IMG/VR virus record: IMGVR_UViG_3300005758_000005
Coordinates: 62,001 to 126,000 of that record
DNA from: an uncultured virus (IMG/VR IMGVR_UViG_3300005758_000005)
Lineage: Duplodnaviria; Heunggongvirae; Uroviricota; Caudoviricetes
Length of the DNA stretch: 64,000 nucleotides
Strand: one strand, 5' to 3'
Shown: positions 23,638 to 33,738 of the stretch, one piece after another
Layout: the number at the start of each line of letters is the position of its first letter
Numbering within the stretch: the first letter of the stretch is position 1
The notes under the pieces: model-generated
The model's input: only the letters and a program-made list of their open reading frames with translations
Databases searched by the model: none
Told to the model about the DNA's origin: nothing
Position numbers and translations under genes: made by a program

Positions 23638-24315
23638 ATGAATAAAAGACAAATCCTAGCATCATTAAATAATATAGCTTCCACACTTGATAAATTAAAT
23701 TTATTTCAAGAAGCTGATTCAATCACTCTAGTAATGAATAGATTGGCATCATCTGAATCAGATTATGATCAAAGGAGAAAGTATCAAGAACTTTTTGATC
23801 AAAAATCTTTGTCAGAATTATTAAATGACTTAAAAAAAGTAATAGATGACATTAATATCAAATTAGAAAATGATGCAAAGACAAATTTAGAAAATAAATT
23901 CAAAAAATTTAAATTAAATAATCCTGAAGCTACATATGAAGATTTTCAAAAAGCAAGTGTATTTAATAGACCAAGAATAGAATATAAAAATCCTATTGAT
24001 GAACTTGTAGCAAAATACGATATAAATGATAACTCAAGCGTAAATCAATTTAATCAATTTGAAAGCGAATTAATGAAAGAAATTGGTAGAGGCTTTTATA
24101 GCTTTCCTTTTGAAGTTGATGGCCTGAGTTTTGATGGTACTAAATATAATTTAACTTTTCTATTTGACATGATTAGAAAAAAATTAAGAAATAATCCTGA
24201 AGTATTACCATTCAATAATGTACCTCTTCCGCCAACTGAAGGAGAAGATTCAGAAGAAGATGTTTCGAATTTATTAGAATGGGCTAGAAATCCTTATGAA
24301 AAGAGAACATTATGA
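23638..24315 (+). CDS. MNKRQILASL-leader hypothetical protein
   Basis: Shared ~38-aa leader, unique body. Confidence 0.65.
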   Translation: MNKRQILASLNNIASTLDKLNLFQEADSITLVMNRLASSESDYDQRRKYQELFDQKSLSELLNDLKKVIDDINIKLENDAKTNLENKFKKFKLNNPEATYEDFQKASVFNRPRIEYKNPIDELVAKYDINDNSSVNQFNQFESELMKEIGRGFYSFPFEVDGLSFDGTKYNLTFLFDMIRKKLRNNPEVLPFNNVPLPPTEGEDSEEDVSNLLEWARNPYEKRTL

Positions 24316-24833
24316 ATAAAAGACAAATTATTGCTTCATTAAATAATATTGCTAATGAACTGGATAATAATTATTTATATAAAGAAGCTAACACTCTCAC
24401 TAATATTATGATTAAAGTGGCAGATGAATTTAATATCGAACCAAATTCTCAACCTGTAAACAATTCGCCAGAACAATCAAATAATATTCAACAAAATCAA
24501 CCTCAGCCTTTTATTAAATTTGATCTTCTTACAACAAAAGGAAATAGTCAATCCTTTACTAAAACAGAGGGATTTACGATTGGAAGACAGGGCGATATAG
24601 TAACTCCACCCGAAATCAATACAGTTTCAAGACAACATTGTCACATAACAAGAAATAGATATGGGAAATGGGCAGTATATGACCTTGGTAGTAAAGCTGG
24701 CACAAAACTTAATAGAAATCAATTATCACCAAGGGTAGGGCAAGAATTAGAAATTCATGATGGTATATTTCTAGATCCTTGGGTTGTAATTGAAATCATG
24801 GATATGTATCCTCTTCCAAGTGAAAAAGAATAA
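24312..24833 (+). CDS. MNKRQIIASL-leader FHA-domain protein
   Basis: FTIGRQ...VSRQHCHI...DLGSKAGTKLN FHA signature. Confidence 0.8.
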   Translation: MNKRQIIASLNNIANELDNNYLYKEANTLTNIMIKVADEFNIEPNSQPVNNSPEQSNNIQQNQPQPFIKFDLLTTKGNSQSFTKTEGFTIGRQGDIVTPPEINTVSRQHCHITRNRYGKWAVYDLGSKAGTKLNRNQLSPRVGQELEIHDGIFLDPWVVIEIMDMYPLPSEKE

Positions 24834-24849
24834 TAAAGAAAGAAAGCAA

Positions 24850-25410
24850 ATGAATAAAAGACAAATTTTAGCATCCCTTAATAAGATTGCAAATACATTA
24901 GATAATACTGGAATGTATGTTGAAGCTAATTCTGTAACTAAAGTAATGACAAGATTAGCAGATGAATTTAATATCGAAACCCCAGCTGATGAAAGAGAAA
25001 ATAAGAGACAAAGAATTATCACTGAAGCTTTAAATACTCAAGTCAGAAAAGATAATTTGCCTAAAACAATGCAATATTATATACCTGGTGGACCTTTACT
25101 TACTATGAAAGAAATTGCAGATGCTATAATTGAGAAGGCAGATAGAGATGCAGATGCTCTTATTGCTATGCTTAATCGAGGAAAAATGGGTACTGAAGTA
25201 ATTGTGCAAAATTCTTTAAAAATGTTGAGTAGTTTCAAAGAGCAATTATTAGATGTATTTAAAATGTATGGTATTCCTTCTGCTCCAGTTTTTTATTATA
25301 TTGACCAAGCACATAAACCAATTATTGCAAAGTTAAATCAAAAAATCAAAGAATACAACGAATACCATGATGAAGATTTGTTTAAAGATGAAGAAAATAA
25401 TCCTACCTAA
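24850..25410 (+). CDS. MNKRQILASL-leader hypothetical protein
   Basis: Start reassigned to the leader Met; leader ends RLADEFNIE as in 24312. Confidence 0.65.
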   Translation: MNKRQILASLNKIANTLDNTGMYVEANSVTKVMTRLADEFNIETPADERENKRQRIITEALNTQVRKDNLPKTMQYYIPGGPLLTMKEIADAIIEKADRDADALIAMLNRGKMGTEVIVQNSLKMLSSFKEQLLDVFKMYGIPSAPVFYYIDQAHKPIIAKLNQKIKEYNEYHDEDLFKDEENNPT

Positions 25411-25704
25411 GATTATTCATAAAAGCATCCAATAATCTACAAATCATAATAAAACTAAACATAATATTAGAAAGATATAACCAAGCTAATTTATAACTCT
25501 TGCGATTCTCAATATGATATCGCCAGAAATAATAACCACAAATCCATAAACAAATTAAATACAATAATAATGATAAACCAAACTCAGATGTATAAGCAAA
25601 AAAAGAAAAAGCTAACATCTGAAAAATAAATATTAAAGACATACAAATATTATAAAAGAAGAAAGAGAGATCTAAAGATCTCTCTTTTTATTTATTAACC
25701 TAAA

Positions 25705-26721
25705 TTACACATGAGGAAACATTAACAATAACTTGCTTAAATTAAATGCTGCTCTATTTATTTTCATTTGGATCATTGTGGAATTATTTAAAAATTCCAT
25801 CATACTATCATAATATTCTTTACTAATTCTTTTACCTTTAAGAGCTGGAATAAGATCATGAGGATCAGTGTAAAGATTATCCACAATGTGTACTATATCA
25901 ATATAAGAAAACTTACCACCAGGAAGTGATTTGAATTTACTTTTCTTTTCATCCCTTAAGAAAAATTTTAAAGCATTTTCTCTAACTTCTTCATGACTTG
26001 CATCTGGATGGTCTTTAATATATTTCTCTACAAAATTCACTACAATTTTATTCTTTGGATTTTTCTTTATCAAAAATTCTATATGAGGATTTACAACTTT
26101 TGTTTTTAATAAGTTTACACCCGACTTATGCTCATCTTCTCTTGATTCTTCTAAAAAATACTCTACAGCAGATACACCCATGGATAAAGAAGGAATATCA
26201 ATATGACTACGAAGATCTATATGCATTAAAAAATTCAACATTTTAGAAATTGAATTAAATACTGCAAATAAATGAGTAGCTACACCATGCATACCACCAG
26301 AAGCTTTAAAATGCTCTTTAAATATTTTGACACGTAAAGACGAATCCTCAATACCCTCAAGCTGCTTACATACTTCCAATAAATTATATATGTCAGTAAT
26401 TATACCCATTAAACTAAATTGCTTCTTGATTAACAATTGAAGAGGCTTTTGTTGCTCAAAAATTTTAACAACATTAGATAAAATAGGAACTAATTCATGA
26501 GAAACTTTCAATATCGAATTAGAGAGATTTTTAAATTTTTCAGAATCAGGATCTAAACCACCAAAATGATAAAGTTCATCTAATTTTTCTTTGCTGCCTT
26601 CTAAACCGGATAATAGTTTTTCAGGAACAATTTTAATTCTACCATCCCTTGACTCAACATCAGTCTCAGTAGAATTAAATCCAGATAAGTTTGATAAATT
26701 TATTGCAATTCTATACCACAT
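25705..26721 (-). CDS. MWY-leader hypothetical protein
   Basis: MWYRIA start; 338 aa. Confidence 0.6.
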   Translation of the reverse strand: MWYRIAINLSNLSGFNSTETDVESRDGRIKIVPEKLLSGLEGSKEKLDELYHFGGLDPDSEKFKNLSNSILKVSHELVPILSNVVKIFEQQKPLQLLIKKQFSLMGIITDIYNLLEVCKQLEGIEDSSLRVKIFKEHFKASGGMHGVATHLFAVFNSISKMLNFLMHIDLRSHIDIPSLSMGVSAVEYFLEESREDEHKSGVNLLKTKVVNPHIEFLIKKNPKNKIVVNFVEKYIKDHPDASHEEVRENALKFFLRDEKKSKFKSLPGGKFSYIDIVHIVDNLYTDPHDLIPALKGKRISKEYYDSMMEFLNNSTMIQMKINRAAFNLSKLLLMFPHV

Positions 26722-26829
26722 AAATACATAATTCTATATATTAAATATCAATCCCTAAATAATAAGATAAAAGGACTTAAATGCTTATAAAAGAATTAAT
26801 ATAATAAGATCTACATAGGGATTAACAAT

Positions 26830-27498
26830 ATGAATAAAAAACAAATATTAGCTTCTTTGAATAATATAGCTAATAGACTTGATCAAAAATCTGAATATGA
26901 ACAGGCTGATAAGATTACTGGTTTAATGGTGAAAATATCCCAAATGCCCATCAAACAAGCTGGATTCATGGACGTTCTATCAACTATCGGAAGTGGACTA
27001 TATGAAGCTGGCGGAAGTGCTTTACAAGGATTTCAGGGAATTGGCTCAGCATTAGTATCAAACGCAGGAGGAATAGGAGGGGTATTAGCAGGGGGAATAA
27101 CAGGAGGACTAGGAGGAGCAGCAGGAACAGGAGCAGTTGTAAACAATTACCTAAATTCCAAAAACTATCAAAATCACCTTAAAGACAAAGCATACAGAGA
27201 AAAAGATAAAATGCGAGTATATGTTGAAGCTGAAACTCAAAAAATTATTACAGAAATAACAAACCTTATCAAAAATAACAAAAACATAACTCCAGAAGCT
27301 GCAAAACAACAAGCCATAAATAAAGCTCAATCTCATCCATATTTTCAACAAATTAACGCCTACTGCACAACTTATAATAAAATGAGCTTTACTGATATTA
27401 TTGCCACAAAATTCGATTCCTATGTTGCTAAATTATTACCACAGAAAAATATAGCAGTGAAACCTAATGTTTGGGTCCCACCTGTCGAAAAATATTAA
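26830..27498 (+). CDS. MNKKQILASL-leader protein with glycine-zipper-like hydrophobic segment
   Basis: GGIGGVLAGGITGGLGGAAGTGAVV. Confidence 0.6.
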   Translation: MNKKQILASLNNIANRLDQKSEYEQADKITGLMVKISQMPIKQAGFMDVLSTIGSGLYEAGGSALQGFQGIGSALVSNAGGIGGVLAGGITGGLGGAAGTGAVVNNYLNSKNYQNHLKDKAYREKDKMRVYVEAETQKIITEITNLIKNNKNITPEAAKQQAINKAQSHPYFQQINAYCTTYNKMSFTDIIATKFDSYVAKLLPQKNIAVKPNVWVPPVEKY

Positions 27499-27500
27499 TC

Positions 27501-28016
27501 TTAACATCTATCCCAAACAACACCACACCCAACTTCATCACAATAAGAACACAATCTATCTAAACATAATAAAACAGACAATGTATCAGAATCATTCCCC
27601 ATCTTAATTAATTCTAAAACCCTATCAGACAAATTATTAAAATCTCCCAATAAACTAAATATCTCATCACTTACAATAACATCATGATTATCCCTGACAA
27701 AATCTACAGGAATCATATCTATAGAAAGTAATAATCTACCATTCAAAAATAAATTCATACCACCATCAAAAAATACAACATCACCAAACTTACTAAATTG
27801 ACTCTTTAAACTACTAACCCTGGCAAACTTAAATAAATCAAAATCGCCAGGCTCATAAAACACAAGATCATCACGCAAAGATTCCAATATTCCACAAACA
27901 TCATCCCCACTACTAAGAGAATATAATGTAGAAGAATTTATCCTAATAACATGATCCGCACGAAATAAATACAATCTATATCTCCAATAAATAATAAACA
28001 CGCAAAGACAAAACAT
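27501..28016 (-). CDS. Hypothetical protein (extremely G/T-rich coding strand)
   Basis: 171-aa ORF; start uncertain. Confidence 0.45.
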   Translation of the reverse strand: MFCLCVFIIYWRYRLYLFRADHVIRINSSTLYSLSSGDDVCGILESLRDDLVFYEPGDFDLFKFARVSSLKSQFSKFGDVVFFDGGMNLFLNGRLLLSIDMIPVDFVRDNHDVIVSDEIFSLLGDFNNLSDRVLELIKMGNDSDTLSVLLCLDRLCSYCDEVGCGVVWDRC

Positions 28017-28617
28017 TACGCATCAACATACCATAATGATCCCCAACAACATCATACACACATAACTTATAAATACCAGATTCATAACTCAAACTATAAT
28101 CATAATCTGTATCACCAAAATTAAACTCCCCTAGAGAAAAATCTAAACCCAATACATAATCAGAATAATTAACCCTAAATATTTCCACATCATTCATAAT
28201 ATATACCAAAAGAAAAAGGATGGTTAAATTCTCCAGAAAACAAGAAAATTTTACCACCCCCCCTATAACTCTACAAAAGAACACATCCCATAAAAATTAT
28301 ATATATACCGGAAACAAAAGGGATGGTTAAAATTCTAGGAAAACGAAAAAAATATAAGCCCCCCCTATCGTTCCCCCAGATTCTTGACATGCATATAAGT
28401 GAAAACAATTGTCCATAATAAAAACACAAAGAATAATCCAGACAACAAGATCTTAAAAATAATACTCATAAATAAATTCCCCCAATATGTTTAATAATAA
28501 CACCAAAACAAAAGGCTCCAAATTCTCTGTAAACGATAGGCGGATTTTTAAGGGGGTCGAAAAAAATTGACGGGGGGTGGAACTATTCCTTGGGACTCCT
28601 AAATGTTAAAGTACCCC

Positions 28618-28977
28618 CTAGGTGTTTTTATATATATCCCCTATGAGGTTTATATTATAACATACTAATTGATAGGTTGCAAGGGTAGTTCCATTATCAT
28701 CTTTTAAAAATCCATGACCTAGATAAACATAATTATACTTTCCTAAAGACCAAAGATACTTAGCAACTTCCTCCGACACAATTATTATATCAGACTCCTC
28801 AACATCTGCAAGGTTTTCAACATAATTTATTTCACATTGACGAAATATAATTCCACCAATAGTTTTGTCATTTTTGTTTAAGTTTAATGATGCTTTTTTG
28901 CCAACAGATGGAAATGTTACAAACTGCCCATTTATATTAATAGCAACAGTCTTACCAGTTTTATTTATTATATTCAT
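28618..28977 (-). CDS. Hypothetical protein
   Basis: 119-aa ORF. Confidence 0.5.
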   Translation of the reverse strand: MNIINKTGKTVAININGQFVTFPSVGKKASLNLNKNDKTIGGIIFRQCEINYVENLADVEESDIIIVSEEVAKYLWSLGKYNYVYLGHGFLKDDNGTTLATYQLVCYNINLIGDIYKNT

Positions 28978-29154
28978 TTACCAGTTAACTTTTCAAAAAA
29001 TTCTAGGGTCTTTTTATTTTGTGACAGGAGACCAATTAAAAAATATATCATGGCACAAATAAAGAAAACAGCAGTGCATTTAAATAACATAATCATACCA
29101 GTCCCCCAAATAAATTATATCATACTTATTCGGGGGATTTAACTTTCCTTCTTT

Positions 29155-29460
29155 TTAGATTTCCAGTTTTTTAAGCCTACTGTAACTTGCCTTGGATATA
29201 TTAAGATTAGCAGGTATATCTTTTTCCGAAATTCCCTGTTCTTTCAAATTCTTAACCCTATTCAAAAGGTCTGTGTAATCTTTCTTTGGACGACCTAATT
29301 GTTTTGTTGAAAATTCTCCACGGTCGATAATTCTAACAGTAGCAACCAGATTATCTTCTTCGTCGTAATAATGCTTAATCTTATCAATATTTGTAACATC
29401 TGAAAGAATCAATTGGAAGATATCGTTCTCTAAGGCAGATGTTTCAATTTTATACTTCAT
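29155..29460 (-). CDS. Small HTH DNA-binding protein
   Basis: GGAGG RBS; GRPKK followed by GISEKDIPANLNISKASYSRL. Confidence 0.6.
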   Translation of the reverse strand: MKYKIETSALENDIFQLILSDVTNIDKIKHYYDEEDNLVATVRIIDRGEFSTKQLGRPKKDYTDLLNRVKNLKEQGISEKDIPANLNISKASYSRLKKLEI

Positions 29461-29538
29461 GACTTTCCTCCCATAAATTATATCAGAAAAGAATACGAGA
29501 GGCAAAAAAATAACCCCTATATTTCAAGGGGCTATGTT

Positions 29539-29808
29539 TTAATCCAATATGTTAGCGAGGCGGTCTTCTTTAGTTTTTACATGACCAGAGAACCAGCCTG
29601 TCCTTCTTGGTTCACTACTTTCAGACAATTCAAGAACCTTAAGCAGATTCTTGTAAGTTTCTTCTTCTCTTTCAATCTGGTATGAAATCTTTGTTGCAAC
29701 GTCAGGATTGGATTTCAACAGGTCGATTTGAATATCCTTAAGTGCAACAATCTGATGACGCTTCGCTACCAGAATCTCTTTCAAACGGTCAGAATTTTTT
29801 GTCTTCAT
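29539..29808 (-). CDS. Hypothetical coiled-coil protein
   Basis: AAGGAG RBS; own promoter and terminator. Confidence 0.6.
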   Translation of the reverse strand: MKTKNSDRLKEILVAKRHQIVALKDIQIDLLKSNPDVATKISYQIEREEETYKNLLKVLELSESSEPRRTGWFSGHVKTKEDRLANILD

Positions 29809-29845
29809 TCTTAACTCCTTGTATGTATCTTATCACAAATATTAA

Positions 29846-30313
29846 ATGACGCAAGCAGAAATAATATCTTTGTTTCCAGATATTATTCATGATACTATAA
29901 GCCATCACACGAAAGGTTTAGGGGAGATGGTTTTCTACAATAAGGAATGGGAGAATCCACTTTATTGGTTTGACAAGTTGTTGAAATATTCCAATCATGC
30001 TGAGTTACGTAGTTATGAGCGTGATTTGCCATTAATAGATTTCTTGCCAATAGATTCAAAATTTCTATACAGCACTAGGAAAATAGATGTATATTCTATG
30101 ACTTTTGAAACAACTATTAAAGGCAAGAGGGTGGAAATCGCAATCAACTCTTTAGGTGCTGTAATGACTGTGTATCCTATCATCAACACCATAGCAGATA
30201 AGTTTCAGTTCAAATATAAGCGGTATCTTGGTGCATTTAAACAGCCTGATGATTATATTCCACCAATCATTACAGAATATGATTTAAACGATGTAGACAT
30301 GGAGTATTTATAA
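29846..30313 (+). CDS. Hypothetical protein
   Basis: 155-aa ORF followed by a hairpin. Confidence 0.5.
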   Translation: MTQAEIISLFPDIIHDTISHHTKGLGEMVFYNKEWENPLYWFDKLLKYSNHAELRSYERDLPLIDFLPIDSKFLYSTRKIDVYSMTFETTIKGKRVEIAINSLGAVMTVYPIINTIADKFQFKYKRYLGAFKQPDDYIPPIITEYDLNDVDMEYL

Positions 30314-30469
30314 GGTAATTTCAAAGCAGGGTTTTTACTCTGCTTTTTTATTTATATAAGAGCAAAAGTTTCCAATTGATGGCAAAGACAAAAAAAATCC
30401 CCTAGAGTTTTTAAGGCTCTAGGGGATAAAGGAGTTACACATGAAACACAAACAGAAACAGGTTTTGAA

Positions 30470-30748
30470 ATGTGGTTGGCTGGAGTTCAACCAGTACGGA
30501 ACACAAGGGCAGTTCTTTCGATGGTCTCTGCCTCCGATGGTATTCTTGTCTCATATGAGAGCATAATACCCAACCACATATTATATGCCTTGACATAACT
30601 GTTTGCGTCAGTCCCTGCCAAGGACAGTAAGAACTTGTGGCTTTTTGACCACCCCAAGGTTGCTACCCTTATTTGAATCTCGCAATAGATTCTAGCCGTT
30701 CTGGATTCTTACTGGTTGAGGGAGGTTCTAGACTCCATCCCTACACCA
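30470..30748 (-). ncRNA. Candidate structured non-coding RNA with a tRNA-like 3' domain
   Basis: Minus-strand promoter TTGCAG-N17-TAATAT (30779-30751); no minus-strand ORF of 60 aa or more; pairings 30470-30479/30570-30579 and 30625-30633/30706-30714; terminator ~30390-30428. Confidence 0.5.
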
Positions 30749-30801
30749 ATATATTACGCCATCTCTAAGTAATCTGCAAGGGCTATTTTCATCTATTTTT
30801 T

Positions 30802-30857
30802 GTTATTTGGATCATTCTGTCGGGGGGTTAACCCCCCGAGGACTTGTTTTAAATAAT
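30802..30857. repeat. 56-bp dyad element, copy 1
   Basis: Core TCGGGGGGTTAACCCCCCGA at 30820-30839 with N11-spaced TTATTT/AAATAAT arms. Confidence 0.95.
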
Positions 30858-30938
30858 ATTTTTTAGTATAGAATTTGCAAAAAAAATCCCCTTCAAGATT
30901 TAACAAGAAGGGGTTGGAGGTGAACACCACATTCACAG

Positions 30939-31388
30939 TTATAGTTTACAGGCAATATCTTCTGTTGTCAAGGTGTATTCTGGAAGAAATTCCTTAACAA
31001 GTTTCCATCCATCTTTTTCGTAAACATTGTAAACTTGCCAGACATTATTAACATACAGATAAAAGTAATCTACACTGGAAGAATATATGTTGTGTAATTC
31101 ATCCATTGAGGTAATTACAGCATCTACGCCATCTTCCCCACGGTCTCTGTTATAGAATACTGTTACACCCTCTTCTGGGTTATCAAAAGTATGTTCACCT
31201 TCAGGATGTAATTCAGATGTAAGATAACTCATATCACCAAAACTAAGCAATTCATTGATGCTATCTACTGTATTGTAATTTGCAACCAGAGTTTGACCTA
31301 CACCATCAGGATATCCATCAAAGTGACAATAAGAATGCTTGATTGTTCCATCATAAAGCATAATACCGATTCTAGCGTGAGTTGACAT
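30939..31388 (-). CDS. Conserved phage hypothetical protein
   Basis: MSTHARIGI...YCHFDGYPDGVG motif; AAGGAG RBS. Confidence 0.7.
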   Translation of the reverse strand: MSTHARIGIMLYDGTIKHSYCHFDGYPDGVGQTLVANYNTVDSINELLSFGDMSYLTSELHPEGEHTFDNPEEGVTVFYNRDRGEDGVDAVITSMDELHNIYSSSVDYFYLYVNNVWQVYNVYEKDGWKLVKEFLPEYTLTTEDIACKL

Positions 31389-31425
31389 ATTTATCTCCTT
31401 GGATTAAGTATATCACAATTTAAAT

Positions 31426-31746
31426 TTACAGAATGATATATTTAAATTGCTCTTTGCCTTGCCATGCCCGTGAAAGTCCTGCCAATGTCATCCAAACTAA
31501 AGACAAGAAACTAACACCACAGACACAACCTACAAATGTCATAGTATTGTGAATGTTGCCAATCAAAATGTATTCAATCAAACAAGCAATTGGCATTACA
31601 CAAGCAACAGCAAATGATAATAGTACAGAGTATTCAAGCATATTATGAAACACTTTTGGCATATGCTTTGTAATCTGCCAAAATGCGACAAAACCGCCTG
31701 TGTAAAGAAAAACCTGCATTGTTCTATTAATAATCTCTTCGTTCAT
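31426..31746 (-). CDS. Small membrane protein
   Basis: Three hydrophobic segments; coupled to the upstream gene. Confidence 0.55.
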   Translation of the reverse strand: MNEEIINRTMQVFLYTGGFVAFWQITKHMPKVFHNMLEYSVLLSFAVACVMPIACLIEYILIGNIHNTMTFVGCVCGVSFLSLVWMTLAGLSRAWQGKEQFKYIIL

Positions 31747-31964
31747 CCTGCTATCTCCCATTGTTCAGAAAGTATATCTTCTGCTGTAAACCTATAACAA
31801 GCCCAGAAACTCATTTCTTCTCCAGTAGACCAAATACATTTAAATCTTAGTTTTGATTCTTCCATCTTAACTAAAATAACAGTAGTGGATTTTGGATTCC
31901 ATTTCTTGCTTCTGGTGATTGTTTTACCATCACGCATAAAGGGCAATACTTGTTCAAGTTTCAT
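31743..31964 (-). CDS. DUF2829/Tad2-like small protein (possible anti-defence sponge)
   Basis: M.L..VL..MRDGKTITRSKKWN...FTAEDILSEQWEI pattern; leaderless start. Confidence 0.5.
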   Translation of the reverse strand: MKLEQVLPFMRDGKTITRSKKWNPKSTTVILVKMEESKLRFKCIWSTGEEMSFWACYRFTAEDILSEQWEIAG

Positions 31965-32009
31965 ACACCTATATTATCATAAAATATTACTGCGTCAAGG
32001 ATAAAAAAC

Positions 32010-32065
32010 ATTATTTGTTTCCACCTGTCGGGGGGTTAACCCCCCGAAGACTGGAGTTAAATAAT
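32010..32065. repeat. 56-bp dyad element, copy 2
   Basis: Core 32028-32047; followed by the + strand promoter TTGCAT...TATAAT. Confidence 0.95.
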
Positions 32066-32164
32066 AAAAAAAAGATTTGCATCATATATTATTTTTGATA
32101 TAATGTATGCATCGTTGAGGTTTAGAACCCTCCTGCGGGGTGAATCGCAGGGCTGGAGGCTGAT

Positions 32165-32545
32165 ATGCGTAACTTGTATGACAAGATGTGTTGCTGGTGC
32201 AAGGGTCACGTTCGTGCGGGCGAGGGTCAGGCTTGGAACTATCGTGGGCGATGGTATGCGGGATGCCCTACCTGCCTTGAGGAGCGTAAAGGTTCTAAGG
32301 CTAAGGCGGATATTCGCATTGAGTATCCATGCGTGATGGCAACGTCCAGTACCAATGTATACGGCGTGTTCAAGTATGACACATACCCTGCAAGTTCGGT
32401 TCTGGCAGGTGCGGAACGGCGTACGTGGCTTGATGAGTTTGCAACGCTTGAGGAGGCTATTAAGGCTTACCCTAAGGCAACCAAGCACTGTGGTCCCGGC
32501 TACCATGAAGACAACTACGAGTGGCTCTCTGAGGAGGAGGACTAA
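32165..32545 (+). CDS. GC-rich cassette gene, possible Zn-binding hypothetical protein
   Basis: GGAGG RBS; CCWC and CPTC motifs; terminator GACCCC-TTCG-GGGGTC-T run. Confidence 0.65.
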   Translation: MRNLYDKMCCWCKGHVRAGEGQAWNYRGRWYAGCPTCLEERKGSKAKADIRIEYPCVMATSSTNVYGVFKYDTYPASSVLAGAERRTWLDEFATLEEAIKAYPKATKHCGPGYHEDNYEWLSEEED

Positions 32546-32597
32546 AGCCTTGACCCCTTCGGGGGTCTTTTTTTTTATCTATAGCAATCTAAAATTT

Positions 32598-32655
32598 ATT
32601 ATTTAACTCAAGTCTTCGGGGGGTTAACCCCCCCCGACAGAAAGATACAAATAAT
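32598..32655. repeat. Dyad element, copy 3 (inverted orientation, C8 run)
   Basis: Core 32616-32637. Confidence 0.95.
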
Positions 32656-32714
32656 AAAAAATAGTCTTGCATCAGTTATTATTTTTGATATAATAAGAGC
32701 ATAAGGAGTTTGGA

Positions 32715-32987
32715 ATGAAAGTTAACTTGAAAGAGTATGGTCTCTGTGACGTTGTAAAGAACGAGTATCCTAACGGTAATCTCGCATTGTCCCTCAAGGA
32801 TGCGTACGGTTCTCCAATCGCTAGCGTTAGCACAAACATCATCCCCCTGTTCGACAATGAGTTTGTTCTTGATGTAAACAACCTGTCTCTTATCCTTGAT
32901 GAGATTCTTGAATCCGGGTTGTTTCAGGACACGGGAGACAAGGTGCAATCAGGGTTTGTAGAATATCCAATCTACAGGTTGGTATAA
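32715..32987 (+). CDS. DUF4313-like protein
   Basis: Y.NGNLAL.L...PIA.VS.N...LDVNN...TG..VQSGFVEYP.Y; AAGGAG RBS. Confidence 0.6.
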   Translation: MKVNLKEYGLCDVVKNEYPNGNLALSLKDAYGSPIASVSTNIIPLFDNEFVLDVNNLSLILDEILESGLFQDTGDKVQSGFVEYPIYRLV

Positions 32988-33083
32988 GATAGGGGGCTTG
33001 AAAAAGCCCCCTATTGTTTTATCTAGGCTTGCTAAAAAACCTTATTTGAAAAAAGTTGTCGTATAAGATATTTGAGGTGAAAA

Positions 33084-33470
33084 ATGGAACAAGCTGTAAT
33101 GATTGGTTTGGTATCGGTTTTATTTTGTTTCAATGTCTGGTTAATTGGTGCAAATGAATCAATCAAGAATCAAAATGAAACTCTAAAGAATCTTAACAAC
33201 AATTTGAATAAAGATTTAGAAGAATTAAAGAGTAAAAATTCTTCTCTTTGGCATGAAACATTAGAATTAAAAGAACACATTGAATCTTATAAATTTCCTG
33301 TAGGTTCTAAGGTTAAGTGGTTAGATCGCACAGGAGAAGAAGAATTTGGAATTGTCTATGATGATTATGAGATTCTAGATAAGCATTATGTTGTTATTAA
33401 AAGATTGAAAGATGACAAATTAATTGGCTCTCCACTTTCAATTAAGGCAGAAAAATTAACAGTATTATAA
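33084..33470 (+). CDS. Membrane-anchored coiled-coil hypothetical protein
   Basis: GAGGTG RBS; N-terminal TM segment, coiled coil, beta-rich C-terminus. Confidence 0.55.
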   Translation: MEQAVMIGLVSVLFCFNVWLIGANESIKNQNETLKNLNNNLNKDLEELKSKNSSLWHETLELKEHIESYKFPVGSKVKWLDRTGEEEFGIVYDDYEILDKHYVVIKRLKDDKLIGSPLSIKAEKLTVL

Positions 33471-33738
33471 AAAAAAATCCCCCTTGAATAATCTTGGGGG
33501 ATAACTTTTACTTTACGGAATATTGGGTATAAAATCTGCTACCGTCATTTAATACCCATTCTGTTTTATATTTCCTAGCACACGTTTCACCTAACTCTTG
33601 TGCATTAGACCCAGAAGCCAAAAGCAATCCATTCCTAAACGCAGAAAACTTAAGTCTAGGAAAGTTAGTTACAAAACGAACCTCAATCTTATCTTGCAAA
33701 TCCATGTCCATCTCCTTACAAAAATAGTATATCAGAAA

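Noticed and set aside
30590..30625. Hammerhead ribozyme core (CTGACG... on the minus strand)
   Set aside because: Does not match CUGAnGA plus a correctly placed GAAA.
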